Counted from the stretch's first letter, positions 9,635-19,654 are shown. The stretch is DNA of 64,000 bases from an uncultured Mucilaginibacter sp. (GCA_966212355.1 CBIHRB010000008.1:95084-159083); one strand, 5' to 3'. Notes: generated from the sequence alone by a model not told the origin. Program-made: numbers and translations.

Positions 9635-9862
9635 ATGAAACAACGCACATATCGAATATTGCTTACCCCGGAAGAAGAAGGTGGATTTAGTGTTTCAGTT
9701 CCTGCATTACCAGGATGTTTTACACAGGGCGAAACGATTGAGGAAGCCATTGAAATGGCAAAGGAGGCTATTGCATTATATGTGGAAACATTAGAGGAAG
9801 AAGGTGAGCCTGTTCCTGATGATAGCCGTAGTCTTGAATACTCTTTAACATTCGCCTTGTAG
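9635..9862 (+). CDS. hicB: HicB family antitoxin (short form, no obvious C-terminal DNA-binding domain)
   Basis: GGFSVSVPALPGCFTQGETIEEAIEMAKEAI motif; TAAATTTG -7 box at 9624-9631. Confidence 0.92.
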   Translation: MKQRTYRILLTPEEEGGFSVSVPALPGCFTQGETIEEAIEMAKEAIALYVETLEEEGEPVPDDSRSLEYSLTFAL

Positions 9863-9871
9863 TTCAATCAA

Positions 9872-10072
9872 ATGAAGTCTTATACTCCTAAGGAGATTGT
9901 TGCTGTTTTATTAGCGCATGGGTTTGAGCTTGCGCGTACCAAAGGAAGCCATCAGATATTTGTAAACCATACAAATGGTAAGAAGACTGTGGTACCAATG
10001 CATTCGAAGGAATTGAAAAAAGGGACATTACATGCAATACTTAAGCAGGCAGGTATCGATCTGAAAGATTAA
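9872..10072 (+). CDS. hicA: HicA family toxin (mRNA interferase)
   Basis: GF...RTKGSHQIF, VVPMH and GTLHAILKQAG motifs. Confidence 0.93.
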   Translation: MKSYTPKEIVAVLLAHGFELARTKGSHQIFVNHTNGKKTVVPMHSKELKKGTLHAILKQAGIDLKD

Positions 10073-10082
10073 CTTTACTTTT

Positions 10083-10616
10083 ATGAGTATCGCCAAAGAA
10101 CGTAAAGCTATTGATGCAGCCCTTGATGAATACCGCAAACAACTGGATGTTATCCCCGATGAGTTGTTTGATGTTACACCGCAGGATGGCGGCTGGTCGT
10201 TTGCCGAGGTTTACAGCCATATTATGCAGGCTACGCTGGGTTCATCAATCGCGCTTGAACGTTGTACCCACGGCAATTGCGAGCCAACTAAAAAAGGCAT
10301 TAATTGGGAAGGCCGGATCTTGCTGTTGTTAGGTAAATTTCCACCGGTTAAAACAACAGTCCCCAATGCGGTAAGCGATAAAATGGCTGCCAATAAGATC
10401 AGTAAGGAAGATGCCAAAAACCTGATCATCAAATGCCGCAAACGGATTGAAACTACTATGCCACTCATTGCCGAATCATCGCCGGCTAACAGATACAAGC
10501 ACCCGCGTATGGGAATGCTTAATGCCAGGCAATGGTTTAAATTTATCCGCATCCATTTACAGCACCACTTGAAACAACTTAACAGGATCAAAAATAAATT
10601 TAATACAGCAAAGTAA
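10083..10616 (+). CDS. DinB family protein (DinB_2-like)
   Basis: GGWSFAEVYSH N-terminus and HPRMGMLNARQW...HLQHH C-terminus. Confidence 0.85.
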   Translation: MSIAKERKAIDAALDEYRKQLDVIPDELFDVTPQDGGWSFAEVYSHIMQATLGSSIALERCTHGNCEPTKKGINWEGRILLLLGKFPPVKTTVPNAVSDKMAANKISKEDAKNLIIKCRKRIETTMPLIAESSPANRYKHPRMGMLNARQWFKFIRIHLQHHLKQLNRIKNKFNTAK

Positions 10617-10686
10617 CCTTTTATATTTAATGTAGTCTTAACAGTAGGATAATGTTAAATTTCAGACATTTGTAAAAATCTTTGTG

Positions 10687-10797
10687 ATGAATTTTGAGTA
10701 TGCTTATTTGGTAGTTATAGGGTTGCTGATCCTGGTCGGCTGCTTCTATGCAAGTCCATATGAATTGACTGTTAACGAAGATGAGGACGACGAGTAA
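10687..10797 (+). CDS. Candidate 36-aa small membrane protein MNFEYAYLVVIGLLILVGCFYASPYELTVNEDEDDE
   Basis: Translated by hand (below the ORF-track cut-off): one TM helix plus acidic tail; near-consensus AATCTTTG just upstream. Confidence 0.5.
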   Translation: MNFEYAYLVVIGLLILVGCFYASPYELTVNEDEDDE

Positions 10798-10869
10798 TCG
10801 TTGCTTTATTAATGAAAATGTTGTTTTCCGGCATATCTTGCCGGCCTGTAAAATAGCCCCCTTAATTTA

Positions 10870-11724
10870 ATGGCAAAACGCGAAGTTGATATTGTAGTAA
10901 TATCTGATGTGCATCTTGGTACTTACGGCTGTCACGCAAAAGAGTTGCTTAAATATTTAAAAAGCATCAAGCCCAAAATCCTTATCCTTAACGGCGATAT
11001 TATTGATATTTGGCAATTTAGTAAATCATACTGGCCCGAAGCGCACATGAAAGTGGTGCGCCGCATCCTGAAGTTTGTTACCGATGGCATCCCGGTTTAT
11101 TATTTAACCGGCAACCATGACGAAATGCTGCGCAAGTTTACCGATTTTAACATGGGCACTTTTCAGCTGCTTGATAAGCTCGTGTTAAATATCGATGGCA
11201 AAAAAGCCTGGATCTTTCATGGCGATGTGTTTGACGTTACCATGCAGCACTCCAAATGGCTGGCTAAACTCGGTGCGGTCGGTTATGACACATTGATTTT
11301 GATCAACAGTTTTGTAAACTGGTTCCTTACCGCTATTGGCAGGCAAAAAATGAGCTTTTCGCAGAAGGTGAAAGCCAGTTTTAAGGAGGCGGTAAAATTC
11401 ATTAACCAATTTGAGCAAACCGCGGCCGATCTGGCCGTTGATAAACAATACGGCTACGTGATCTGCGGTCACATTCACCATGCCGAAATCAGGGAAATTA
11501 CGTCTACACAAAATACAGGCTCGGTACTTTACCTCAACTCGGGCGATTGGGTAGAAAGTTTAAGCGCTCTTGAATATCACAATGGCAAATGGGAGGTGTT
11601 TAAATACAAGCCGGATGATTTCAATACAGATGCTGATGAAGATGATAAAACCGATTCGGAAGATCTGAACGCTATGCTCGATGTTAAAAACTTGTTGGAG
11701 CGCTTTAAACACGAACACGATTAA
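10870..11724 (+). CDS. LpxH-like calcineurin-type metallophosphoesterase (UDP-2,3-diacylglucosamine diphosphatase family)
   Basis: SDVHLG, NGDIID, GNHD, HGD, GHIH and NSGDW motifs. Confidence 0.85.
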   Translation: MAKREVDIVVISDVHLGTYGCHAKELLKYLKSIKPKILILNGDIIDIWQFSKSYWPEAHMKVVRRILKFVTDGIPVYYLTGNHDEMLRKFTDFNMGTFQLLDKLVLNIDGKKAWIFHGDVFDVTMQHSKWLAKLGAVGYDTLILINSFVNWFLTAIGRQKMSFSQKVKASFKEAVKFINQFEQTAADLAVDKQYGYVICGHIHHAEIREITSTQNTGSVLYLNSGDWVESLSALEYHNGKWEVFKYKPDDFNTDADEDDKTDSEDLNAMLDVKNLLERFKHEHD

Positions 11725-11847
11725 ATTACTTACCGAAAACATTTTTCTTTATTAAATTAAGCCCCTGAATATTGGTGCGGATAAATCAGTGCATTCGTTG
11801 TATCTGCGCCGCACAATCATCATCCTATTTGAAAACAATTTATTTTA

Positions 11848-12837
11848 ATGAAGATACTGTTTGGTATACAGGGAACAGGTAACGGGCATATAAGCCGGGC
11901 AAGGGAAATTGTGCCCCTGCTGCAACAATATGGCGAGGTTGACTTGCTGGTGAGCGGCACCGAAGCCGAAGTATCATTATCACAACCCCTGAAATATCGC
12001 TTTCATGGTGTAAGCTTTGTATTTGGTACCAATGGCGGCGTGGATAACTGGGCTACCTGGAAAATCATGAACCTGCGCCAGTTTCAACGGGATCTGCGGA
12101 GCCTTCCCCTGAAACAATATGACCTCATCATCAATGATTTTGAACCTGTAAGTGCCTGGGCTTGTAAATTGCGGGGTGTACCGTCGGTATCTTTAAGTCA
12201 CCAGTGTTCGTTTGTATCGCCAAAAACACCTCGCCCCGAAAAAAAAGACCCTTTTGCACAGTGGCTTTTAAAAAACTATTCGCCTACTACCTATCATGTA
12301 GGCTTCCATTTTGAGCGCTATGACACTTTTATCAATACGCCGGTAATCCGCAGTGAGATCAGGCAGATGGAAACCTCCGACCTGGGCCATTATACAGTTT
12401 ACCTGCCGGCTTATGATGACAAAACCCTGCTGAAATATTTAAGTGCCCAAAAAGATGTTAAATGGCAGGTATTTTCAAAACGACAAAAGCAGGCCTACAA
12501 ATCAGGAAACGTGGAGATCTTCCCCGTAAATAATGAAGCTTTTAACAAAAGCCTGGCAAGCTGTACTGGTTTGCTTACCGGTGGCGGTTTTGAAGGCCCG
12601 GCCGAAGCCCTTTTTTTACAGAAAAAGGTAATGATGATACCCATGAAAGGGCAATACGAGCAACAGTGTAACGCGCTTTCGGCCTCCAGGTTGGGGGTTC
12701 CGGTAGTGAGCGAAATAAACGGTAAGTTTAACGGGCACTTAAGTAAGTGGATCAATGACAGCAAGAAGATCGTGGTTGATTTTCCGGATGAAACCGCCGC
12801 TATTGTTGATAAACTGGTAAAGCAGTATACAAGGTAG
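11848..12837 (+). CDS. GT-B glycosyltransferase, MJ1255/VC2487-like family
   Basis: MKILFGIQGTGNGHISRA, INDFEP and GQYEQQCNA motifs. Confidence 0.8.
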   Translation: MKILFGIQGTGNGHISRAREIVPLLQQYGEVDLLVSGTEAEVSLSQPLKYRFHGVSFVFGTNGGVDNWATWKIMNLRQFQRDLRSLPLKQYDLIINDFEPVSAWACKLRGVPSVSLSHQCSFVSPKTPRPEKKDPFAQWLLKNYSPTTYHVGFHFERYDTFINTPVIRSEIRQMETSDLGHYTVYLPAYDDKTLLKYLSAQKDVKWQVFSKRQKQAYKSGNVEIFPVNNEAFNKSLASCTGLLTGGGFEGPAEALFLQKKVMMIPMKGQYEQQCNALSASRLGVPVVSEINGKFNGHLSKWINDSKKIVVDFPDETAAIVDKLVKQYTR

Positions 12838-12899
12838 TAAAGCATTGCAACTTAAGCGGTTTTTCTGCTAATTTTGCAACCGCAAACACGGCCGCACAT

Positions 12900-13886
12900 A
12901 TGATCAATCTTTTCAGGAACTATAATCCCCTTAATGTTATATGGCTGGCTATTTTGCTGTTCGTACTGCGGATAGGTTTCATGGTGCAGGTTCCCGAAAA
13001 GGTTGAGTTTATTTTTGTGGAACCCTTTGCACGGCTGTTGGTACCCGTAAAATATGAATATGCGTTTTCGCCGCTGCTTAATGTGATACTGGCCGGCGGG
13101 CTTGTATTTATCCAGGCTTTATTGCTTAATTCGTTAATTAATCATCATAATTTATTAGGCAAGCCAACCTTTTTGCCGGCGCTGATGTATATCACGCTTT
13201 CGGGCTTGTTTACGCCCTTTTTAACTTTAAGCGCTCCGCTTTTATGTAATTTCTTGCTCATCTGGATGTTGTTTAAATTATTCAACCTGTATAAGGGAGA
13301 GGACGTTAAATCAACAACTTATGACCTGGGTTTGATCGTGGCGGTGGGGTCGCTTGTTTATTTTCCGTTTATTTATTTGTTCCTGGTTATATGGATAGCG
13401 CTTATGATATTCAGGCCGTTTAACTGGCGCGAATGGGTCATTTCGATATTAGGTTATGTAACCGTGTTCTTTTTTCTTGCGGTTATTTATTTTATGAATG
13501 ATATGCTGCCGCAGTTTAGCCATATCTGGTCGCCCTTAGGCAAAAAATTTCCCGATCATATCAGCATTAACTCCTATAACTACCTGTTGCTGGTGCCGGT
13601 TATCGTAATATTAGTGCTTTGTTTTTTTAAGCTGCAGCAAAATTTCTTTAAAAGCTACGTGCAGATCCGTAAAACATTCCAGCTGTTGTTTTTTATTTTT
13701 CTGATTACAGCCCTTTCATTTTATCTCAATTCGGAATTTCGCCTGAGCCATTTTTTGCTTTGTGCAGTGCCGGTAACGGTGTTTTTTGCCTATTATTTTT
13801 TGTATGCAACCAAGCGTTGGTTTTATGAAATACTGTATTTGTTGTTGTTTATCAGCATCATTTACTTTCAGTTTAACAAATTTTAA
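12900..13886 (+). CDS. Conserved multi-pass membrane protein (DUF6427-like)
   Basis: 328 aa, about 9 hydrophobic segments; family name is from recall only. Confidence 0.55.
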   Translation: MINLFRNYNPLNVIWLAILLFVLRIGFMVQVPEKVEFIFVEPFARLLVPVKYEYAFSPLLNVILAGGLVFIQALLLNSLINHHNLLGKPTFLPALMYITLSGLFTPFLTLSAPLLCNFLLIWMLFKLFNLYKGEDVKSTTYDLGLIVAVGSLVYFPFIYLFLVIWIALMIFRPFNWREWVISILGYVTVFFFLAVIYFMNDMLPQFSHIWSPLGKKFPDHISINSYNYLLLVPVIVILVLCFFKLQQNFFKSYVQIRKTFQLLFFIFLITALSFYLNSEFRLSHFLLCAVPVTVFFAYYFLYATKRWFYEILYLLLFISIIYFQFNKF

Positions 13887-13986
13887 CTTTTACATTCGTC
13901 CTTATTTCGGCGGTTATGTTAGTTTTGTAGCCTGAAACTATATAATAAACTATTTAGGTTCAACCTCAATTTAAAAAATAATTCTG

Positions 13987-14679
13987 ATGAAGTTTGGAGT
14001 AGTTATATTTCCCGGTTCTAATTGTGATGAGGATATCATATATGTATTAGAGAAAGTGATGGGTCAGCAAGTGGTAAGGTTATGGCATAAAGATCATGAC
14101 CTGCAGGGTGTTGACTTTGTTGTTTTACCCGGTGGTTTTTCATTTGGCGATTACCTGCGTTCGGGCGCTATTTCCCGTTTTTCGCCAATTATGCAGGAGG
14201 TTATCCAGTTTGCTGCCAAAGGTGGTTATGTAATGGGTATTTGCAATGGCTTCCAGATATTAACCGAGGCCGGTTTGTTGCCAGGCGCGCTATTGCACAA
14301 CACCAATCGCAAATTTATTTGCCGCAACATTTACTTAAAACCGCAAACAACGCAATCATTACTTACCGCTCAGCTTGATCCGCAGCGACCCTTAAGGATC
14401 CCGATTGCACATGGTGAAGGCAATTATTTTGCTGATGCAGATGTAATAAAAGCCCTTAACGATAACGACCAGGTAATGTTCAGGTATTGCGATGAGGCCG
14501 GTAATATCACTGCCGACGCGAACCCTAACGGATCATTGGAAAATATTGCAGGTGTTACAAACTTAGGCAGGAATGTATTTGGCTTAATGCCACACCCTGA
14601 GCGTGCTGCCGATGGCTTGTTAGCCAATGAAGATGGTTTAGCTATTTTTGAATCAATATTATCAATAGTTAGGGCCTGA
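13987..14679 (+). CDS. purQ: Phosphoribosylformylglycinamidine synthase subunit PurQ
   Basis: FPGSNC, PGGFSFGDYLRSGA, GICNGFQIL and MPHPER motifs. Confidence 0.97.
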   Translation: MKFGVVIFPGSNCDEDIIYVLEKVMGQQVVRLWHKDHDLQGVDFVVLPGGFSFGDYLRSGAISRFSPIMQEVIQFAAKGGYVMGICNGFQILTEAGLLPGALLHNTNRKFICRNIYLKPQTTQSLLTAQLDPQRPLRIPIAHGEGNYFADADVIKALNDNDQVMFRYCDEAGNITADANPNGSLENIAGVTNLGRNVFGLMPHPERAADGLLANEDGLAIFESILSIVRA

Positions 14680-15422
14680 TGACCAGCCTGGTTATCGATA
14701 TTGGTAATACGCTCATCAAAATCGCAGTTTTTAAACTGCATGAATTGCTTGAAGCTAACCAATATGAAACCATTGATATGCCGGTACTGGATGCTTTGCT
14801 TAACAAATACCATCCTGTTAAGGCAATCATATCATCGGTAAAAAAAAATGCAGAAGCATGGCAGGCCGGGCTGGGGCAAAAAATTTCGCTGACGCATTTT
14901 AATACTTTAATGACAAGCGGAATAAATAACCATTATTTGACCCCTGAAACTCTTGGGCCCGACAGGCTGGCAGCTGTTATTGGTGCATATCATATGTTCC
15001 CCCGGCAAAACAGCCTTGTAATAACCGGAGGCACAGCCATTACTTATGATGGTGTTGACGCCGCAGGAAATTATTTTGGCGGCAGCATATCGCCGGGCTT
15101 AAATATGCGTTATAAGGCTTTGAACAATTATACGGCGGGTTTGCCGCTTATTGAACCCGATGCCGGTTTTGATACGCCATACGGAAACAATACAACCACA
15201 GCCATCCGTTCGGGAGTACAAAACGGAATAAAATATGAGCTTACCGGTTTTATTGAAAGTTATAAAACCGGCGATGGGCAACTGAACATTATACTAAGCG
15301 GGGGCGACAGCATTTTTTTTGATACTCTATTGAAAAATAGCATCTTTGCCCGCTACATAAAAATTGAACCATATTTGGTTTTAAAAGGATTAAACGCAGC
15401 TATACAAAAGCATAATGATTAA
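14679..15422 (+). CDS. coaX: Type III pantothenate kinase
   Basis: IDIGNT, LGPDR and GTAITYD..GGSISPG motifs. Confidence 0.93.
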   Translation: MTSLVIDIGNTLIKIAVFKLHELLEANQYETIDMPVLDALLNKYHPVKAIISSVKKNAEAWQAGLGQKISLTHFNTLMTSGINNHYLTPETLGPDRLAAVIGAYHMFPRQNSLVITGGTAITYDGVDAAGNYFGGSISPGLNMRYKALNNYTAGLPLIEPDAGFDTPYGNNTTTAIRSGVQNGIKYELTGFIESYKTGDGQLNIILSGGDSIFFDTLLKNSIFARYIKIEPYLVLKGLNAAIQKHND

Positions 15423-16737
15423 ATATACCCGGTTTTTTATAACACTTTTATTGGCTGTTGCCGCTTTTTCAGCGCATGCGCAATCAACGGCAACTTCAAG
15501 CTCTCCATATTCACGTTACGGTATCGGCGATATTGATCCTCAACTGATGGGCCAAAACATAGGTATGGGCGGTATAGCTGTAGCTACAAACAGGATAAGC
15601 CTTTTTAACAATATCAACGTAATAAATCCGGCTTCATACGGTGCCATTAATCTTACAACTATTGATGTTGGCTTATATGCAAACTTTTTAAACCTGTCGC
15701 AAACCGGTTCGGCAAGCCAAAAAAACAGCAATTTCAGGCTTAACCACATCGCATTCGCTATCCCTACTTCAAAACGTTCGGCACTGAGCTTTGGTTTATT
15801 GCCATACAGCGAGCGCGGCTATAATTATAAAAAAACGGTAAATAAATTAGGTACCTCAGGTTCACCTGCGGATACCAACGTTACAAACTATACCTACAGC
15901 GGTGATGGCAGCTTATCAAAAGCATATTTTGGATACGGTTTTGGCATCGGTAAGCACTTGTTATTAGGTGCAAACGTATCGTATATATTTGGTAATATTA
16001 AAGATATCGCTACTACCGAAATCCCCGGCCTGGCAGGCGCTATCAATTCAAAAATTGAATCGAGCAATGCCATAGGGGGTATCAACTATGATTATGGCTT
16101 GCAGTATTCATTTGATTTTTCTGAAACCAAGCATCTTGTATTTGGCTATTCGGCATCGGCAGGTACAAAACTGCACACGCAAAGCAGCTTTATTGTTAGC
16201 CAGTACTTTAACGATGCAAACGGCAATCAGGACATAGCTGCCGATAGCGTGGTTAGCACAACGGGGCCTAAATCAAAACTAAAATTACCGCAGATCAACA
16301 GGTTCGGGATCTCTTTTCAAAGTGATGGTAAATTTTTGGTTGGTGCCGATTACTCCATGGGTAAATGGTCCGACTTATCAATTGCCGGCGTTAACCAGGG
16401 CTTACAAGATAGCAAAACTTTCAATATCGGTGGTTCATATACCCCAAACATAGCAACCATCAGAAACTACCTTGCCACAGTTGATTACCGCATAGGCGCT
16501 ATATATGATCAAACCTATATGCACATTAACGGTACTACAATTAAAAGGTATGCCGGTACTGTAGGTGTGGGTCTGCCTTTACGCTCAAATAACGGCAGTT
16601 ACTACAAAATCAATATCGCGGCAGAAATAGGTCAGCGCGGTTCATTGGTTAACGGCTTGGTTAAAGAAAACTACGTTAACATTCACCTTGGCTTTACCCT
16701 TAACGATAAGTGGTTTACCAAGTATAAATTCGACTAA
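15415..16737 (+). CDS. Outer-membrane beta-barrel protein (FadL/OmpP1-like)
   Basis: Signal peptide, SPYSRYGIG motif, INPASY, terminal aromatic residues; coaX-lptC context. Confidence 0.65.
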   Translation: MIKYTRFFITLLLAVAAFSAHAQSTATSSSPYSRYGIGDIDPQLMGQNIGMGGIAVATNRISLFNNINVINPASYGAINLTTIDVGLYANFLNLSQTGSASQKNSNFRLNHIAFAIPTSKRSALSFGLLPYSERGYNYKKTVNKLGTSGSPADTNVTNYTYSGDGSLSKAYFGYGFGIGKHLLLGANVSYIFGNIKDIATTEIPGLAGAINSKIESSNAIGGINYDYGLQYSFDFSETKHLVFGYSASAGTKLHTQSSFIVSQYFNDANGNQDIAADSVVSTTGPKSKLKLPQINRFGISFQSDGKFLVGADYSMGKWSDLSIAGVNQGLQDSKTFNIGGSYTPNIATIRNYLATVDYRIGAIYDQTYMHINGTTIKRYAGTVGVGLPLRSNNGSYYKINIAAEIGQRGSLVNGLVKENYVNIHLGFTLNDKWFTKYKFD

Positions 16738-16747
16738 TTTTGTTGTT

Positions 16748-17326
16748 ATGAGCCGCCCTGCAGTTAACATACCGGCTTTATGCCTGTTACTGTTGCCATT
16801 GGCGGCTTTCATCTCTTCGTGCGAAAATGACCTGAAAAAGGTTAGGGAAATTTCAGCTAATGAGGTTGATACGGTAGCCCAGCGCACCACCGGGCTTGAT
16901 CTGATTATGAGTGATTCGACTAAGGTGGAGATCCATCTTACTGCCCCGCTGATGATCGAATACCAGATCAAGAAGCCTTATAAAATTATGCCTAAAGGCG
17001 TAAAGATAGATTACTATGACCGCGGCACAGGCCAGTTTGCCGGCGATATAATTGCCGATACAGGTATCCAGCGCGAGCAGGAAAAATTGATTGAATTTCA
17101 TGGCAACGTAGTTGCAACCAACGCCAAAGGCGAAACCTTTAAATCAAACGAGTTATTTTGGGACCAGGTAACCAAGCGGGTTTACTCTAATAAACCTGTT
17201 CAGGCCACACTTAGCGGCGGTAATGTCATGAATGGCAATACCTTTGAAAGTGATGATAAGCTTTTAAACCCTACTTTTAAAAGCAGCACCGGGCTGTTTC
17301 ATGTAGATGAAAAAGCGACACAATAA
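16748..17326 (+). CDS. lptC: LPS export ABC transporter periplasmic protein LptC
   Basis: Lipoprotein-like ISSC, ELFWDQ and SNKPV motifs. ATG 16748 preferred to the upstream start that overlaps the previous gene. Confidence 0.8.
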   Translation: MSRPAVNIPALCLLLLPLAAFISSCENDLKKVREISANEVDTVAQRTTGLDLIMSDSTKVEIHLTAPLMIEYQIKKPYKIMPKGVKIDYYDRGTGQFAGDIIADTGIQREQEKLIEFHGNVVATNAKGETFKSNELFWDQVTKRVYSNKPVQATLSGGNVMNGNTFESDDKLLNPTFKSSTGLFHVDEKATQ

Positions 17327-17420
17327 TGACTTTTTTTAACGAAAATTTTGTGTTATAGAATTTTGTTAAAAATTGTATCTTGCGCCCTCTTAAAAAGAAT
17401 AGAATAATTATAAATGTAAT

Positions 17421-19547
17421 ATGGGTATAATGGGTTTTTTGCGCGAAAGGATGGGAAAGATTCTCGCATTCTTTATTGGTTTCGCGCTGCTTGCATTTAT
17501 TGTGAGCGAGGTTGTAAGATCGGGCGGTTCCTTTTTCAGGGACGATAGTAACGAGCTTGCTGTTGTAAACGGCGAAAAAGTGCCCTATGACAAATTCAAC
17601 GAAAAGCTGGAGCAAAACTCTGCACAGTTTAAACAACAGGGACAAAGCATCTCTCCGCAAATAGCAAGCTATCTGCAGGAAACTACCTGGAACCAGTATT
17701 TAAGCCAGTTACTGATAGGCAAAGAAATTGAAAAACTTGGCCTTACTGTTGGTGATGATGAAATGAACGTAATGATCGGTGATAACAATCCCGACCCGCA
17801 GATAGCCCGCCAGTTTGCCGATCAGCAAACCGGTCAGTTCGATCGCAGCAGGTATGATCAGTTCAAAGCCTACCTGCAATCAGGTAAAGCAGATCCTGCT
17901 CAGAAAAAAGCCTGGAGCGATTTTGTGATCGACCTGATAGAAGCTAAAAAAGCTACTAAATACATGACTTTGGTTACCAACGGCCTGTATGTAAACTCGC
18001 TTGAGGCTACAGATGATTACGAAGCAAAAAACAAGCTGGCTAACTTTAAATATGTATCGCTTGATTACGCTTCAATCCCTGATGCTAAAGTTACTTTAAC
18101 TGATGCTGATTACAGCGCATATTATGACGCGCACAAGGCTTCATTTAAAACTCCGCAGGAGTTAAGAAATTTTGAATATGTTAGCTTTAATGCAGCCCCT
18201 TCAAAAGAAGATTCAGCGGCAGTTAAACAACAGGCCGAAAAATTGGCGGGAGAATTCAAAACTACTCCTAACGATTCGCTTTTTGTGCAAATCAATGCCG
18301 AAACCAAAGCGCCTTTGGCTTACCAGCGTAAAGGCAGCCTTGACCCTAAACTGGATACTACCATGTTTAGCGCGGCCAAGGGATTTGTTTATGGCCCTTA
18401 CCTTGAAAACGGCAGCTATAAAGTAGCTAAGCTGGTTGATACCAAAACCACTTTTGATTCGGTTAAAACCAGGCATATCCTGATCGACCTTGCGTCAGCA
18501 GGCGGTGAAGAAAAAGCTAAAGCTAAAGCCGATTCAATTAAAAAATTAATCCAGGGCGGTAAATCATTTGCCGAGTTGGCAACTACATTCTCTGCCGATA
18601 AAGGCAGCGCGGTAAAAGGCGGTGAAATTCCTTCATTTGATGCCAATGGCTCAATGGGCGGTCAGGGCAATTTAGTTCCTGAATATTACAATGCTGCTTA
18701 TAAAGCAAATAAAGGCGATATCCTTGTTGTGAAATCACAATTTGGGTACCACGTTATCCAGGTTGAAGATCAAAAAGGCTCTGTTAAACTGGTTAAAGTT
18801 GGTATAGTTGATAAACCGTTAACTGCAAGCAGCAAAACCCAAACGGTAGCTTACAGCAAAGCCCAGGCATTCTTAGCCTCATTAACACCTGATAATTTTG
18901 AGGCAGAAGCTAAAAAAGAAGGTTTGAAGCCCCGTACTGCCGAAGATGTTACTGCGATAGCTTCTGGTCTTCCCGGCCTGGATAACGCACGTGACGTGGT
19001 TAGATGGGCTTACAAAGCCGAAAAAGGCGATATTACTGATAAAGTATTTACCGTAGGCGACCAGTATATAGTAAGCCGCCTTACCGAAATTAAACCTAAA
19101 GGTACCTTATCTCTTGAGGCTGTTAAAAAGCAAATTGAGCCAATGGTACGTAATGAGGTTAAAGCTAAACAATTGAAAGAGAAGTTTGACGCAGCCCTTA
19201 GCGGTGGTACTTCAATTGACCAGGTTGCCCAAAAAGTAGGCAGTAAGGTAGTTCCGGTTGAAAACATTGTGTTTGCCAATCCTATTATCCCGGGTCAATC
19301 GGCAGAGTATAAAGTTATCGGTTCAATCTTTGGTTCGGCAATCAACAAAATTTCAAAACCTGTTGATGGTGCCCAAGGTGTTTATGTATACCTGGTTAAT
19401 GGTTTCACTAACCCGCCGGCACTTACCAATGCTATTAAACAAAAAGAACAAATTAACCAGGCGCTTTTACAACGCTCACAAGGCCAGGTGCTGGATGCAT
19501 TAAAAGATAATGCAATTGTAAAAGATAACAGGGCTAAATTCTTCTAA
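17421..19547 (+). CDS. PpiD/SurA-type membrane-anchored peptidylprolyl isomerase
   Basis: N-terminal TM, SurA_N domain, parvulin motifs RHILI, FAELA..FS.D and SQFGYHVI. Confidence 0.88.
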   Translation: MGIMGFLRERMGKILAFFIGFALLAFIVSEVVRSGGSFFRDDSNELAVVNGEKVPYDKFNEKLEQNSAQFKQQGQSISPQIASYLQETTWNQYLSQLLIGKEIEKLGLTVGDDEMNVMIGDNNPDPQIARQFADQQTGQFDRSRYDQFKAYLQSGKADPAQKKAWSDFVIDLIEAKKATKYMTLVTNGLYVNSLEATDDYEAKNKLANFKYVSLDYASIPDAKVTLTDADYSAYYDAHKASFKTPQELRNFEYVSFNAAPSKEDSAAVKQQAEKLAGEFKTTPNDSLFVQINAETKAPLAYQRKGSLDPKLDTTMFSAAKGFVYGPYLENGSYKVAKLVDTKTTFDSVKTRHILIDLASAGGEEKAKAKADSIKKLIQGGKSFAELATTFSADKGSAVKGGEIPSFDANGSMGGQGNLVPEYYNAAYKANKGDILVVKSQFGYHVIQVEDQKGSVKLVKVGIVDKPLTASSKTQTVAYSKAQAFLASLTPDNFEAEAKKEGLKPRTAEDVTAIASGLPGLDNARDVVRWAYKAEKGDITDKVFTVGDQYIVSRLTEIKPKGTLSLEAVKKQIEPMVRNEVKAKQLKEKFDAALSGGTSIDQVAQKVGSKVVPVENIVFANPIIPGQSAEYKVIGSIFGSAINKISKPVDGAQGVYVYLVNGFTNPPALTNAIKQKEQINQALLQRSQGQVLDALKDNAIVKDNRAKFF

Positions 19548-19569
19548 ACAAAATTTAAAGTAAATTTGC

Positions 19570-19606
19570 ATCCGGGATCAGCATTAAGCTGTTCCCGGAT
19601 TTTTTG
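19570..19606 (+). terminator. Rho-independent terminator
   Basis: ATCCGGGATCAGC-ATTAA-GCTGTTCCCGGAT followed by a T tract. Confidence 0.8.
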
Positions 19607-19654
19607 TTTATATACGGTCTGTTAGGCTTTTATATAAAGCAGTTAAGTAGTATT

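Larger units (their letters stand above)
9571..10090. mobile_element. hicBA cassette flanked by 22-bp direct repeats
   Basis: TTAACTTTAATTTTATGAGTAT (9571-9592) vs TTAACTTTACTTTTATGAGTAT (10069-10090), 21/22 identical. Confidence 0.75.

Noticed and set aside
19561-19606. TAAATTTG immediately before the terminator hairpin, as a possible tiny sRNA
   Set aside because: The hairpin is fully explained as the ppiD-like gene terminator; an 8-mer match in AT-rich DNA is weak.
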